A stretch of 57,490 nt of DNA, the filler included, from Sphacelaria rigidula (lineage: Eukaryota): the NCBI GenBank assembly GCA_964200075.2. It is 8 parts of 8 records of this genome, joined end to end, with 100 filler letters (N's around TTAATTAATTAA, not from the genome) between each part and the next. Parts side by side here need not be neighbours in the genome. Positions count along the whole stretch, not along the records: positions 1 to 7,100 come from CAXNAA020016487.1; positions 7,201 to 14,299 come from CAXNAA020016488.1; 6 more parts are not named here. One strand, given 5' to 3'. A program made the position numbers and the translations under genes. Below the pieces are notes generated by a model. It worked only from the letters and a program-made list of their open reading frames with translations. It searched no databases and was not told the DNA's origin. Every line of letters begins with the position of its first letter. Within the stretch, counting starts at the first letter, position 1. Positions 1 through 9,993 of the stretch are shown piece after piece.

Positions 1-2050
1 CTCGAGGAAATTTGTCCCGTTGAACTTACTTACACTCTCTATGACTTCTGTAACGGATGGCTCTCCAGATGAATTCATCCGTTACAATCTGTGTTACTTC
101 TATTCACACCTCAATTTTTCTTCACCTCTTCTTCGTCTTCGCGACGGAACTATTCTATCCACACCTCAATGTTTCTCTTGATGTCCTCGCTGATTGGCGG
201 GACCACCACGCTCCTTCCCTGCTGTAGTTTGACGTCCTCGATGGGGCGTCCTGGCTGCTGGTGCCGAAGACTACGGTACTATACTGTAGTCACAATAAAA
301 GCCTCATGACGTTGCGAGGCTCATAACCTGTTACTCATATTTCATTTCCCAGGGTGAAATAATAAGCTCTCGGACAAGTACTGGTGATGGAGAATGGGTA
401 TCATGCGTAACCACTGGATCACACCGGTTCATCTGCCAGGGTCGAACCAAAAATGACCTCCTGAGCAACTGGTGATGGTGGAAAACCAGTTTCATGTGCA
501 AATGACCGGATCACATTCGCTCATTTCCCGGGGTCGAAGTAGACACGGCGTTCCCAATTACCACCTAAAAATATCTAGCCAATATATTTCATATCTCAGG
601 GTCGAATGGTGGACGATGTCCCCGCAGGACAGCCGGCGGTTCTCGACGGTTATGATGTGAACATGACCGGGTGAATTATTTCCCCCCTCGAGGCGCGAAT
701 CTTGGGTTATGTTCTTTTCATCTGCCAGGCGCTCACTGAATATAGTGGTTATACAGGAAGGCTGATGATGGACCAAGATCAAAATATGTAAAATGCAGGG
801 AAATGGGCATGTTCATAGACGCGTTGAACGATCACGACAAATCCGAAAACACTTTCAAAAAGAGTACAACAAACCGAGAACGACAACCACTACGTCCACC
901 CAATCACGGCCACCACGTGGACACCCACACTACGTCTCACCCACAGCAAACACACACCGACAGCGAAAGAAGGCACTCCCTCCCAGCGGTCATCTCCCCC
1001 CGCCACTGCAACGCGCGCTACCAAGTCTTTCCCTGCTCGAGTACAGCACGCAAGGCTACATCAACCCGCCCAAACCGGTCGAACACTCGCATCGAGAAAA
1101 AGTCGCAAAAGCACCATCCGCAAATCCAGATTTCAAATGCGCAGACCGTAGTAGCCCCTCCCTTTCTGTGGAACATACTATTTCGTACGATCCTAGTAAT
1201 TGTTTCCCTATTGATGGCCCCGTTGCGTACCTCGTGAACGACTCGTAAAGAGCAAGTCAAGACCTCTCGTGTCATGTTGGGCAGCGTACGGACGTGCAAA
1301 GTCAGGGGGAATTGTCTTGCTCGTGGGGGTTAAGATTGATGCCGCTGATTTCGAGGCATTGAGACAAACCAGAGTACTTTCGCGTGCAGTCGGCGTCACG
1401 GTTATTCTCGTGTGGACCATCGGGCCTGTCATACATCCCGCTCGAATAACCCGTGTGGGGGTGGGGGCGACGCCGGCCGTTACAGGTGTGGGTGTGGCCA
1501 TCGTTGGTCGTGTCGTGGAATCTTATTCCGTAGCTTGCGACCTTGAAGTCCTGCCCGGCGCTGTCATGCGGAAGAACGTTCGGGGCCAGCGCTATTTGTA
1601 GAGACTCGACCAAGGCAACATTTCAGCTGAAGCCGATACCACTGCGTACGACGCGCTCTGAAACATGGCGAGGGACAAGCACCGGCGAGTACATGACGGT
1701 CGAACCCGCAGGCAACACTGACTGTTCATGCGTTTCGCGCTTTTCGATGCATGATTGTGAAGCAGTACAGTATACGGACTACCTCGTGTGGGCTACACCG
1801 GGAAACTAGGGTACATTGGCCCGCACACTGGGAAATTTCAGCGTGCGCGTGTGGCAGCGCGCATGGGAAATCTGTGATTGCGGGACTTCACGCTACGAGC
1901 ACGCGCGACGGACTGACTCACCGGCTCTCATCCGTTCTTCCGGGCCAGTAGGGAGCAGGTCTTCCACAACGAACCGGACCTTGGCCTGCGCGACGCATAG
2001 TAAATTAAGAAGCTCACGGTTGAGAATCTTGAACAGAAACTAAGTAAGTA

Positions 2051-2940
2051 GCTCGTGGTGCAAAAAACAATTACTCGAGCAAACGAGCCATCGCTCGTGG
2101 TGGAAAAAAATGAATAGCTTAAGCAGTCGAGTCATTACTCGTGGTGAAGAAAGAGATGACTCCAGCCCACGAGTCACCGCTCGTGGTTCAAGAATATTCA
2201 TGACCTGGGGAAACTAGTCATTGCTCGTGATTCAAAGAATCAACAGCTCGAGCACTCGAGTCATTGCTCGTGAGAACATTGAAAAAAAATCTCGAGTACA
2301 CGAGTCAGAGCTCGTGGTTCAAGAAATTAATAGCTCCAGTCATTGCTCGTGGGGAAAAAATATTAGACTCGAGTACACGAGTCAGTGCGCGTGGTCAAAC
2401 AAATTAGTAGCTTGAGGAGTCAAGTCATTACTCGTGGTGAAGAAATAGAAAACTCCAGCCCACGCGTCACCGCTCGTGGTTCAAAAAATGACTGGCGCGA
2501 GCACACGAGTCATTGCTCGTGGTTGAAAAATACAATGACTCAAGCACACGAGTCTGTGCTCGTGATTTGAAAAGTAAATGACTCAAGTATACGAGTAAGT
2601 GCTCATGGTTGAAAATTCTCGTGGTCGTGAAAGTGAGATGACTGGTTCAAGAATTCAATGACTCGAGAAAAAGACTCACGGCTCGTGGTGAAAAATTAAT
2701 AACTCGAGCAAACGGGTCAATTCTCGTGGTGAAAAAAATAACAGACTCAAGCACTCGAGTCGTTTCTCATGGTGAAAACCAAAAATAGCTCGAGCACTCG
2801 AGTCATTGCTCGTGGTGGAAAACTAAATGACTCGAGTGCTCGAGTCGTTGCTCGTGGTGAAAAAAATGAGTGACTCAAAGAAACGAGTCACGGTCGTTTC
2901 TTTCAAAATAGATCACTTAAGCATACGAGTCATCCTCGGT
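2051..2940. repeat. Degenerate tandem array of ~20 units of 42-44 bp, consensus GCTCGTGGTGAAAAAAAATGACTCGAGCACACGAGTCATT
   Basis: GCTCGTG(G/A) recurs at ~2051, 2093, 2137, 2179, 2223, 2266, 2310, 2345, 2387, 2430, 2472, 2515, 2558, 2601, 2681, 2722, 2765, 2808, 2850. The consensus unit carries the inverted repeat ATGACTCG..CGAGTCAT. Confidence 0.9.
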
Positions 2941-3132
2941 ATGTAAAAAAAACACTAACGAATGCACTCGTTTCGACATTGTCTCGGCCCACGTGCACTA
3001 GTATCGTAAACATTCACACCGAGTCAAGAAAAGAGGGGGGGGACTTTCTACATTAGCCCCCCCTCCCCCCAAAACCAACCGAAAAGTGTCACGAAAAGAA
3101 TGGTCATACAGCGCCTGATGTTTCGCTTATAT

Positions 3133-3285
3133 ATATGGTAACATCAGCAAGAACTAACCCAGGCGTGAGAGTTCCCAGCTGCTCGTTGTGCTCGGTTTTT
3201 CCATTTCGACTCACGTGAAGATTTTGCCTCCCCAAGCCAGGCACTTTTGAGGGGAAGACTAGCGTAGAAAGTCTCGGGGACTATC
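3133..3285 (+). repeat. Dispersed repeat, second copy at ~21345-21495 (- strand)
   Basis: CAGCTGCTCGTTGTGCTCGGTTTTTCCATTTCGA...GATTTTGCCTCCCAAGCCAGGCACTTTTG aligns with the reverse complement of the end of scaffold 3. Confidence 0.75.
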
Positions 3286-3617
3286 ACCGCACTCTACACA
3301 CGTTCAACCCGAGAAGGGCATCTGGTCGATCCCTTTCATTCTCCTGCGTAACATATTCTTTTAATTCATTTTTTTAATCATTTTTCGGGTGACTTTTGAG
3401 GATAAGAACACGTTGCTCTTCGACCTTGCCTCAGTTTATTTAACTCAATCCCTCGAATGGTGATTTTAGAGAACATGGAGAAGGGCAACGACGTCCTGAA
3501 AAAAAAAGCCTCCACCTTTTTGGGACGGAGGTTAGGGCGTTCTCGGAAATAACAATTTTTACCATACTCAAACGGCCTAGACCAATAAAAATTACAAGAA
3601 AGAACTGACCCACTTTC

Positions 3618-4039
3618 AACAGTGGATTCTCGAAAATGGGGTTGAAAACAAATGAGGTTCAACTCAAAAGCCGTGCTTTCCCTGACCTAAATTCAGGACA
3701 AATGACTATCATATGGACGGCCTCATCCCTCCCGATCTCACTAACACTGTTTCGGAGGGTTTCTAGTCTTCCGTTCTCCCAAAGGGTATGTGCGAAAGCA
3801 CACTTTTGCCTCGATTTCGGGGTGAGAAAAAGACACTTTTTGGCCCGACAATCGTGCTTTCGCGCATACCCTTTGGGGGAACGGAAGGCTAGAAATCCCC
3901 CGAAACAGTTTTCGGCAGGTCGGGAGGGATGGGGTCCTCCATATGAAATTAATTTGTCGTAAACTTAGGTCAGGGAAAGCACGGCTTTTGGGTTGAACAT
4001 CATTCTTCGTTTCAACCCCAATTCCAACAATCCACTGTT
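3618..4039. mobile_element. Foldback/MITE with ~180-bp inverted arms (3618-3801 / 3854-4039)
   Basis: AACAGTGGATT...AAAAGCCGTGCTTTCCCTGACCTAA...AAAGGGTATGTGCGAAAGCAC is mirrored by GTGCTTTCGCGCATACCCTTT...TTAGGTCAGGGAAAGCACGGCTTTT...AATCCACTGTT. The CAGTG termini are Tc1/mariner-like, but there is no clean TA TSD. Confidence 0.8.
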
Positions 4040-4439
4040 TTTTCTTGCTTCATGTCCTAGTGAGGTCCCACACAAAATTCCAACACACAATAACCAAACC
4101 TGGGTCGGTAAGTGGCCCGCAATATACTGTTCCAAATTTCGATCGGCCCGGTTTTCGAACGGCCCACCCGCAGCTCAGTTATTTCAGTTAGACCTCCAAA
4201 TTTGGCATGGACAACGAACAGGTCATGATACAAAAACGCATGTATGGACCCTAATCCTTGTTTTTCTTTCTTACTTGAAGACAATAATCAGTGTTCAGGT
4301 TCAGTAAAATGCTGCTAATTCATGGAGAAAATGCTTCGGGTCCACGCATACGTCTCTTTGATCGTAGCCTATGCATTGCATTGTCCATACCAAATTTTAA
4401 GGTCCAACGTGACATAGTAAGCTGCGAATGGGCCTACAC

Positions 4440-6080
4440 ACTACAAATCTGCTTGTAAGCTGGCCCAACTCGTATCGAGCACCACATCCACCAACCTAGC
4501 ATGAATCGACAATTCTTTTTTCTTGAAAGCTATTAGAATCGGGGCGAAATATCTACAAAGCGAGCACTGCTTTCGGTGAGATTGAGAGCATAAAATGACG
4601 ACTACACGAGGGTGATTAGGAGAACCCTGCATTGTGCGGCAGCACGAGAACGTTCATCAGTCCAAAAATAGCAAAGTCAACAGACGCCAGACTTACCAAA
4701 TACTACTTCCTGAACTGAAAAAGATGGGGGCGCGTGGGTGGAGGGGCTCGGAGAGCATGGCGTGGAAAGACGTACAAACTTCATCACCCCACATCAGTAT
4801 TCTGCTGAACAGCTCGAAAACCTATTTGCTGCATATTTTTTGTGGTACCAGACAAGAGGTTGCACATCTGTGAGTACGGTAAAAAACGTTTGCTTCGATT
4901 CTGAAATGTTCACTACGCGGTCGTTTACAGAGTTTTCGGTTCATTTGTGTCGTATCTACCGTCCTCTCCTTCGGCCGCCTAGAGCTATTCAACTCGGAAA
5001 TTAGGCTAAACCTAACACCGATACATCGCACACATGTACTCACGCGCTAACACTCTGACGCCGAACCACAAGGATCAGCGATATTTTATGGGAGGAAATT
5101 GCACTTCACCAGTCACGGACTCACTTTTGGCATTCGCAAAACTGGCATATGTTCTTGTCGCATCGGCAGCACTTGGCGTCGAGGTCACGGTTAAAACTCT
5201 TACAGCAACCGCTGCAAGCCCATCGCCCGCACTTGTCGTTGCCAAGGCAAGAATCTCCTCCGCGTTCCCATCACGAACACTGCGGAGTTGCCCTCGCGGT
5301 GGCATATAAAGCAGTGAATATTTCAAGCTGCTACTTCGCTGCGCCTGCCTCGACCACCTCTACATGGGATGCGCCGCGCAGCAGTCGCTCGACGACGTCC
5401 CGTCGGCGCTCGTCCAATTTAGTCTCCGCCACCTGCAAGCGGCGCCCGCCTAGTCCCTTCTGGGCCGCCTCCCGCCGGCGCTCGGTCGAGCGAGTCTCTC
5501 CCACCTGCCAGCGGAGCCTGCCCCCTCACACCTCGACCGGCCAGCGGGGCCCGCCCAGACTAACTTCGGCCGGCTCCCGCGACCGCACGAGTGCCTGCCA
5601 AGTGTCACGGGTGCCTATCCTCCCGCCGGCGCTCGGCCACCCCCCGCGGACGCTCGGCCGAACGAGTCCGTCCCAACTGTCACCGGTGCCCGCCCACTTC
5701 CTTCTCGGCCACCTCCCGCCGGCGCTCGGCTGAGCGAGTCTCTCTCACGTGAGTCTCTCTCACATGCTAGCTGCGCCCGCCCAAACCAACGCTGGTCGGC
5801 TCCCGCCGGCACTCGACCGCCCCTCGCCGACGCTCGACCGAACGAGTCGTTGCTAATCATCACCGGTGCCTGCCCAACCACACCTCGATCGCGTTCCGCC
5901 AGCCCTGGCCCAAATGAATCTACACCACCTGCCACCGGCGCCAACCCAACGCCTACTCGAGCGTCTCCTGCAGCCGCTCGCCAAGGCGAGTCTCCACCGT
6001 CTGCCGCTGACGCACTTTTACTCCCTTGTCGGGATGACGTACCTCGACGAGAAGCAGGTCTTGCCGTCTCGGCAGACCAC
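4440..6080 (-). pseudogene. Degenerate gene or TE ORF: G/A/R/P-rich repeats followed by a Cys-rich PHD-like zinc-finger region
   Basis: Minus strand reads ..RAPAGGGR.. repeats, then HCFICHREG (frameshift) GDSCLGNDKCGRWACSGCCKSFNRDLDAKCCRCDKNICQFCECQK, ending at a strong AA|GTGAGT donor (~5124). Several in-frame stops are present. Confidence 0.4.
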
Positions 6081-6525
6081 ATAACACGGGATCTCACAAA
6101 GTGAGAATGGAGTCTTTTATTGAGGATGAGAAACCCGGATAATAAAAATCTTCGTATCCACACCAAATGTTCGAATATGATTCCATCTCTTCACTTACTG
6201 GTTGCTATTGACAACTACTACACACCATACGAATTAGGATTTCGATGACCGAAATGTTGGGGTCCTAGGTGTAAAACCAATTTCGGGGAATTTCGGCGAT
6301 CTGATCGGATAATCTAAATTGACCTTCTTTTTTCACCTAGGACCCCAACATGTCGGTTATCAGGATCCAAATTTGTATGGCGTGTCGTAGTTGTCAATAG
6401 CTACCAGTAGGTGAAGGAGTGGACCTATATTTCGAAGATTTGGTGTGGATACGAAGATTTTATTTCTCCGGGGGTTCTCCTCCTAAACAAAAAATCCATC
6501 CCCAATTTGTAAAATCCCGTGTTAT
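6081..6525. mobile_element. Foldback/MITE with ~190-bp inverted arms (6081-6271 / 6334-6525)
   Basis: ATAACACGGGAT...ATAAAAATCTTCGTATCCACACCAAAT...GTTGGGGTCCTAGGTG is mirrored by CACCTAGGACCCCAAC...ATTTGGTGTGGATACGAAGATTTTAT...ATCCCGTGTTAT. Confidence 0.85.
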
Positions 6526-6528
6526 ACA

Positions 6529-6773
6529 CCAGGCATAGACAACATTAACTGTGTTATTGTAACGTGTAACGTATGAATACCTCACACGTTACAGGAAACG
6601 TTTCAAAATACGTTACTGTGACGTAACGTAATGTATAATTTTCCAACAAGTAAAAAATGTGACGTATCGTAACGTACCCGTAGAAAAATGTGACGTCGCG
6701 TAACGTACAATTTTTCATACGTCACAAAGTGTGACGTGACGTAACGTGTAACGTGTAATGTAAAGAGCCCTGG
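6529..6773. mobile_element. Putative non-autonomous TIR element packed with GTAACGT/TGTGACGT motifs
   Basis: Imperfect termini CCAGGCATAGACAACATTAAC / GTAATGTAAAGAGCCCTGG and roughly a dozen GTAACGT or GTGACGT motifs inside; no TSD seen. Confidence 0.45.
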
Positions 6774-7027
6774 ATTTAACCTCTCAAAACAATATCTCAT
6801 TGATACATACGACTCGGGCCTTGATCCGCATATCGTATCAATAATCTGATCAAGAGGAAGGTGCCCATGTGCTCAAAAGTCTGGGCTAATTTTTCTCTCG
6901 TTGATCAAATCCCATGTCTAGTAATTCCTATACCGTACGAAGATAGCGTCCACACTGAAGTCTATATGAGAATCCGAACGATATATACAGCGGATGATGG
7001 CGATTTTCGATGTGGACATCAACCAAG

Positions 7028-7100
7028 CCGGTCGCCCCGGTGGCTCAGTTAGTAACCTCGTAACCTTCTGACGGTTGAGTAGTGGGGTTCGATTCCCTGA
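7028..7100 (+). mobile_element. tRNA-derived SINE head, truncated by scaffold end
   Basis: A-box TGGCTCAGTTAG and B-box GGTTCGATTCC; near-identical start (CCGGTCGCCYCGGTGGCTCAGT) to the SINE at 9486. Confidence 0.7.
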
Positions 7101-7200
7101 NNNNNNNNNNNNNNNNNNNNNNNNNNNNNNNNNNNNNNNNNNNNTTAATTAATTAANNNNNNNNNNNNNNNNNNNNNNNNNNNNNNNNNNNNNNNNNNNN
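7101..7200. other. Artificial scaffold linker N44-TTAATTAATTAA-N44 (also 14300-14399, 21499-21598, 28698-28797, 35897-35996, 43095-43194, 50293-50392)
   Basis: Identical 100-bp spacer with stops in all six frames; the intervening segments are 7098-7100 bp in descending length order. Confidence 0.98.
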
Positions 7201-7348
7201 CCCCCCCCTAATTCCATCCTGTCGCTGCCCTCGTGTAATACACTGAAATGATATCGCAGATGGTTTCTAATCCGCCGAGCCATTCCAAACGATAGCATTT
7301 CGTGCTGCACGTTTTTCTGACTCGTTTTTCTTTGCTTTCCCCACCTCA

Positions 7349-7440
7349 CTATTGTGTCTCCGTCTCGCAGGGGATGCTTGGTTAATGGTCCAACGACTAA
7401 GGCAAGCAACAAATAAGTACGCCCCCCCCCCCCCCACCCC
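7349..7440 (+). mobile_element. Poly(C)-tailed short interspersed element, copy 1 (others 14230-14299 -, 28852-28930 +, 29813-29865 + degenerate, 42960-43050 +, 57341-57437 +)
   Basis: Consensus CTCCGTCTCGAAAGGGATGCGTGGTCAATGGTCAAACGACTAAGGCAAGCAACAAATRAGTAC followed by a C-run in every copy. Confidence 0.8.
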
Positions 7441-7496
7441 TCCTCCTCCACGTTACTGTGATGTTTTTGTTTCGTCCTGATGCCTGCCGCCCTAAG

Positions 7497-8781
7497 GATT
7501 GGGCTGGGGTCAAAGCAGCACTGGGACCGCACATCGTTCTCTGTCCAGAATTCGCGGTTTTCTACTCGGAACTTCGAAAGCGTTTCCCGAAACCGTCGGC
7601 GATTTCTGTAACGGCACGTTCTACCCTGCTGGTGACGGGAGGCGGGGAGGTGACCATCGAGGCTCTGTCGCTCGACGGTGCTCTGATGGTTGAGGTGGGG
7701 CGATATTCATCTTGTTTACTGCACGGTATGCAGTTTCGAGTGGGTAGTGTGTCGAGCAGCTGCTTTACAACGATTCCAAACAAAAAACGTAGCCTTGGGA
7801 TGCAGTGGATTTCATGATACACTGGGTGACCTCAGTGTGGGAGTCTTCGGTATCGGTAGGACGTTTATCGAGGGAAAAACACAAACAAAAACACACCTGC
7901 CCTTCCCCGTCCCCCTCAGCAGTTTCGCCCACCATGTATTGCAGTGGGGGTTTCACCAAAGTGTGGTTCCAGATGGTGCAGTCTCACCATCATGCGGGCA
8001 GGACCACTTGTCGAAGGTCCGATCAACCACATGATTTTCAAGTATTTGTATTGCTGGTCCAGGGTAGTGTGGGACGGGACCCCACACTCGTGCGGTCATG
8101 CGATACTAGTAACCTGTTGTGCGATTATTGGACCCCTGCTGTCCTCGCAAAATAGTAGAGCGAAGGCGTCATATGTGTGCAATTTCTCGATAGTCGAACG
8201 ACGGCCACTGACCGTGGATAGTGACGAAGCCTAATCGGAAAACTGCAATCAACCGCGGCCCTCTGTCCCTGTCCCTCACGGTGCCACCTTGAAACCACAT
8301 CACCATACCTTCGATATCTAGGCCTACAGTAAGCCTCACGAGCTTCACTTCCCCTTATATGTACCCAGGTTGAGGCTGGTGCGTCACTGATCATCCGGAA
8401 CCTTACCGTGAAGAATGAGGGGTGGGTTCCAACGCGTTTGACCGAAGAGGAAGGCCGCATGGAAGAGGAGGGAGGGTTGTCGGAATCCATTCGCATCAGG
8501 GGTTTCCGCTTCGACAAGAAGGCGTGCTACCGTGTTCACGTTGCAGAGGGTATGAGGTGGGTGACGTTTGGGCTGTTATCAGTGCGCCTGACCCCCCAAA
8601 TTTGGCAGAAAAAGTGTCACCGACCAAAATCACGAACAGACCACACACCCTGTTCACCCCCTGATGAGGCACGCCGTGAAATCACTCAGAGAAATCGGGA
8701 TTAGTGTTGGGCTTTCACGCCACGCCGTCCCATTCCTCCATACGTTTTGCTGAACAAGTTATTGTGATCGAGAAAATCGCG

Positions 8782-8832
<51 letters not shown>

Positions 8833-9993
8833 GCTTTTACCGCTCAGCTCGTCATAAAAATCTGACCCTGTTGAGATAATAAATAACACCCACGCAAGCC
8901 GTAGCTGCGGTTTTTGCGCAGATGATGCAAAAAAGTCGTATCCAAATCGACAGCCTTGGCGACGAGTATGTTGGGAGGCGATTTGGGCTATCAGCGCAAA
9001 TAAGCGCCTCCAACCCTCTCGAGTTTCGACGACGCGCGATAAAATCATCCTTGCCCGAAGGCCTCAGAATAGATGACACTCATCAATGGATCTTGGTACT
9101 CGTAGCAACGACAGTGGCAACGTAGTGCAGGCGGTCGGTACAGGGGATGTGTAGAATTTCGACAGGCGTGGAATTTGAACCTTCGACCGAACCCCCAAAA
9201 GCTCTCTCTGAGACATATACTAGTGGGTCAAGTACACACCCAAATGCGGTTGTGCGACAGGTGGATTGAGCTATGATGGGCGGATTACTTATGAGAGTGT
9301 TTCATGCACGTTTCTTCACGCGCCTCCTGGCCGCGATTTGCGACCAATGATTGGGGTGGACTGAGCGCATATTTCTTCATCGCCTGTGTGAGTTTGGCAA
9401 TATCAGCGTACGTTCTGCGGTTGCCGTGCTGGTTTTTGCTCTAAAACACGCTTCTCATGCTGTATTTTTACTTGACCATAAATGACCGGTCGCCTCGGTG
9501 GCTCAGTCGGTAGCCTCGAAACCCTCCGACAGTGGGCCATGGGTTCAAATCTTCGAGCAATGTGCGATTTTTTCTCACACAATGTCGAACAGCGGAGAGT
9601 GACAATGTCGCGAGTACACGGAAACGTAGTAGTCGACGAGGGAAAGGGACAACTGACGCCCTCTCGATATCAAAAATAAAGGCAAGCACCGTAGAAGGAA
9701 GGTGCAATATTATAAACAAACGAGCAAACAAACGAAAGACTCCTGTGTAGACCTTTCTCCTGTGTGACCCCGGCTGGTGCGCCCACATATACCGAAAGGT
9801 GTACAATAGACCGGTGTCCAGAATAGATGGGACGACAACACAACAACACATACACCACCCCGTGATCATCTCCGCTCCAACTGTTCCCCATCTCGCCGTA
9901 TCCCCATGTGGCAGAAGGGTTATCGATGACACGGCAGCTTCTTGCGACTCTGGTGCTGCGGGGCAAGCGGGAGACGATCCACCTGATGTGTAA
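7497..9993 (+). CDS. USP: UDP-sugar pyrophosphorylase, last three exons (7497-7694, 8369-8556, 9915-9993); 5' part off-scaffold
   Basis: Spliced product DWAGVKAALGPHIVLCPEF...VTARSTLLVTGGGEVTIEALSLDGALMVE|VEAGASLIIRNLTVKNEGW...SESIRIRGFRFDKK matches the USP C-terminal domain (plant motifs RSTMAIKG..LSLDGALIV..KNNGW..EEIRIRGFRFNK). AG/GT sites are phase-compatible; the last exon (RRVIDD...PPDV*) is inferred from phase only. Confidence 0.85.
8783..9240 (-). mobile_element. Probable SINE with degenerate tRNA-like head and (GT)24 tail, inside a USP intron
   Basis: Minus-strand B-box GGTTCAAATTCC at ~9171-9182; the element runs ~400 bp into the (AC)n microsatellite at 8783-8830. Confidence 0.4.
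9486..9849 (+). mobile_element. Full-length tRNA-derived SINE (~360 bp) with CAACA tail; 3' half repeated at 35708-35892 (-)
   Basis: A-box TGGCTCAGTCGG and B-box GGTTCAAATC. The body CTCCTGTGTGACCCCGGCTGGTGCGCCCACATATACCGAAAGGTGTA...CCAGAATAGATGGGACGACAACAC is nearly identical in the second copy. Confidence 0.8.

Noticed and set aside
793..2043. Overlapping ORFs suggesting a retrotransposon gag region
   Set aside because: No zinc knuckle, protease or other recognisable motif on either strand.
2051..2940. CRISPR array interpretation of the hairpin repeat
   Set aside because: There are no unique spacers (the linkers are ~12-nt A-rich homologues), the repeats are degenerate, no cas genes are present and the context is eukaryotic.
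7028..7100. tRNA gene (also 9486-9560)
   Set aside because: A/B boxes are present but there is no proper acceptor or anticodon stem, and the sequence continues into a repeated SINE body.
7145..7156. Periodic TTAATTAATTAA every ~7.2 kb
   Set aside because: Synthetic six-frame-stop linker embedded in N runs.
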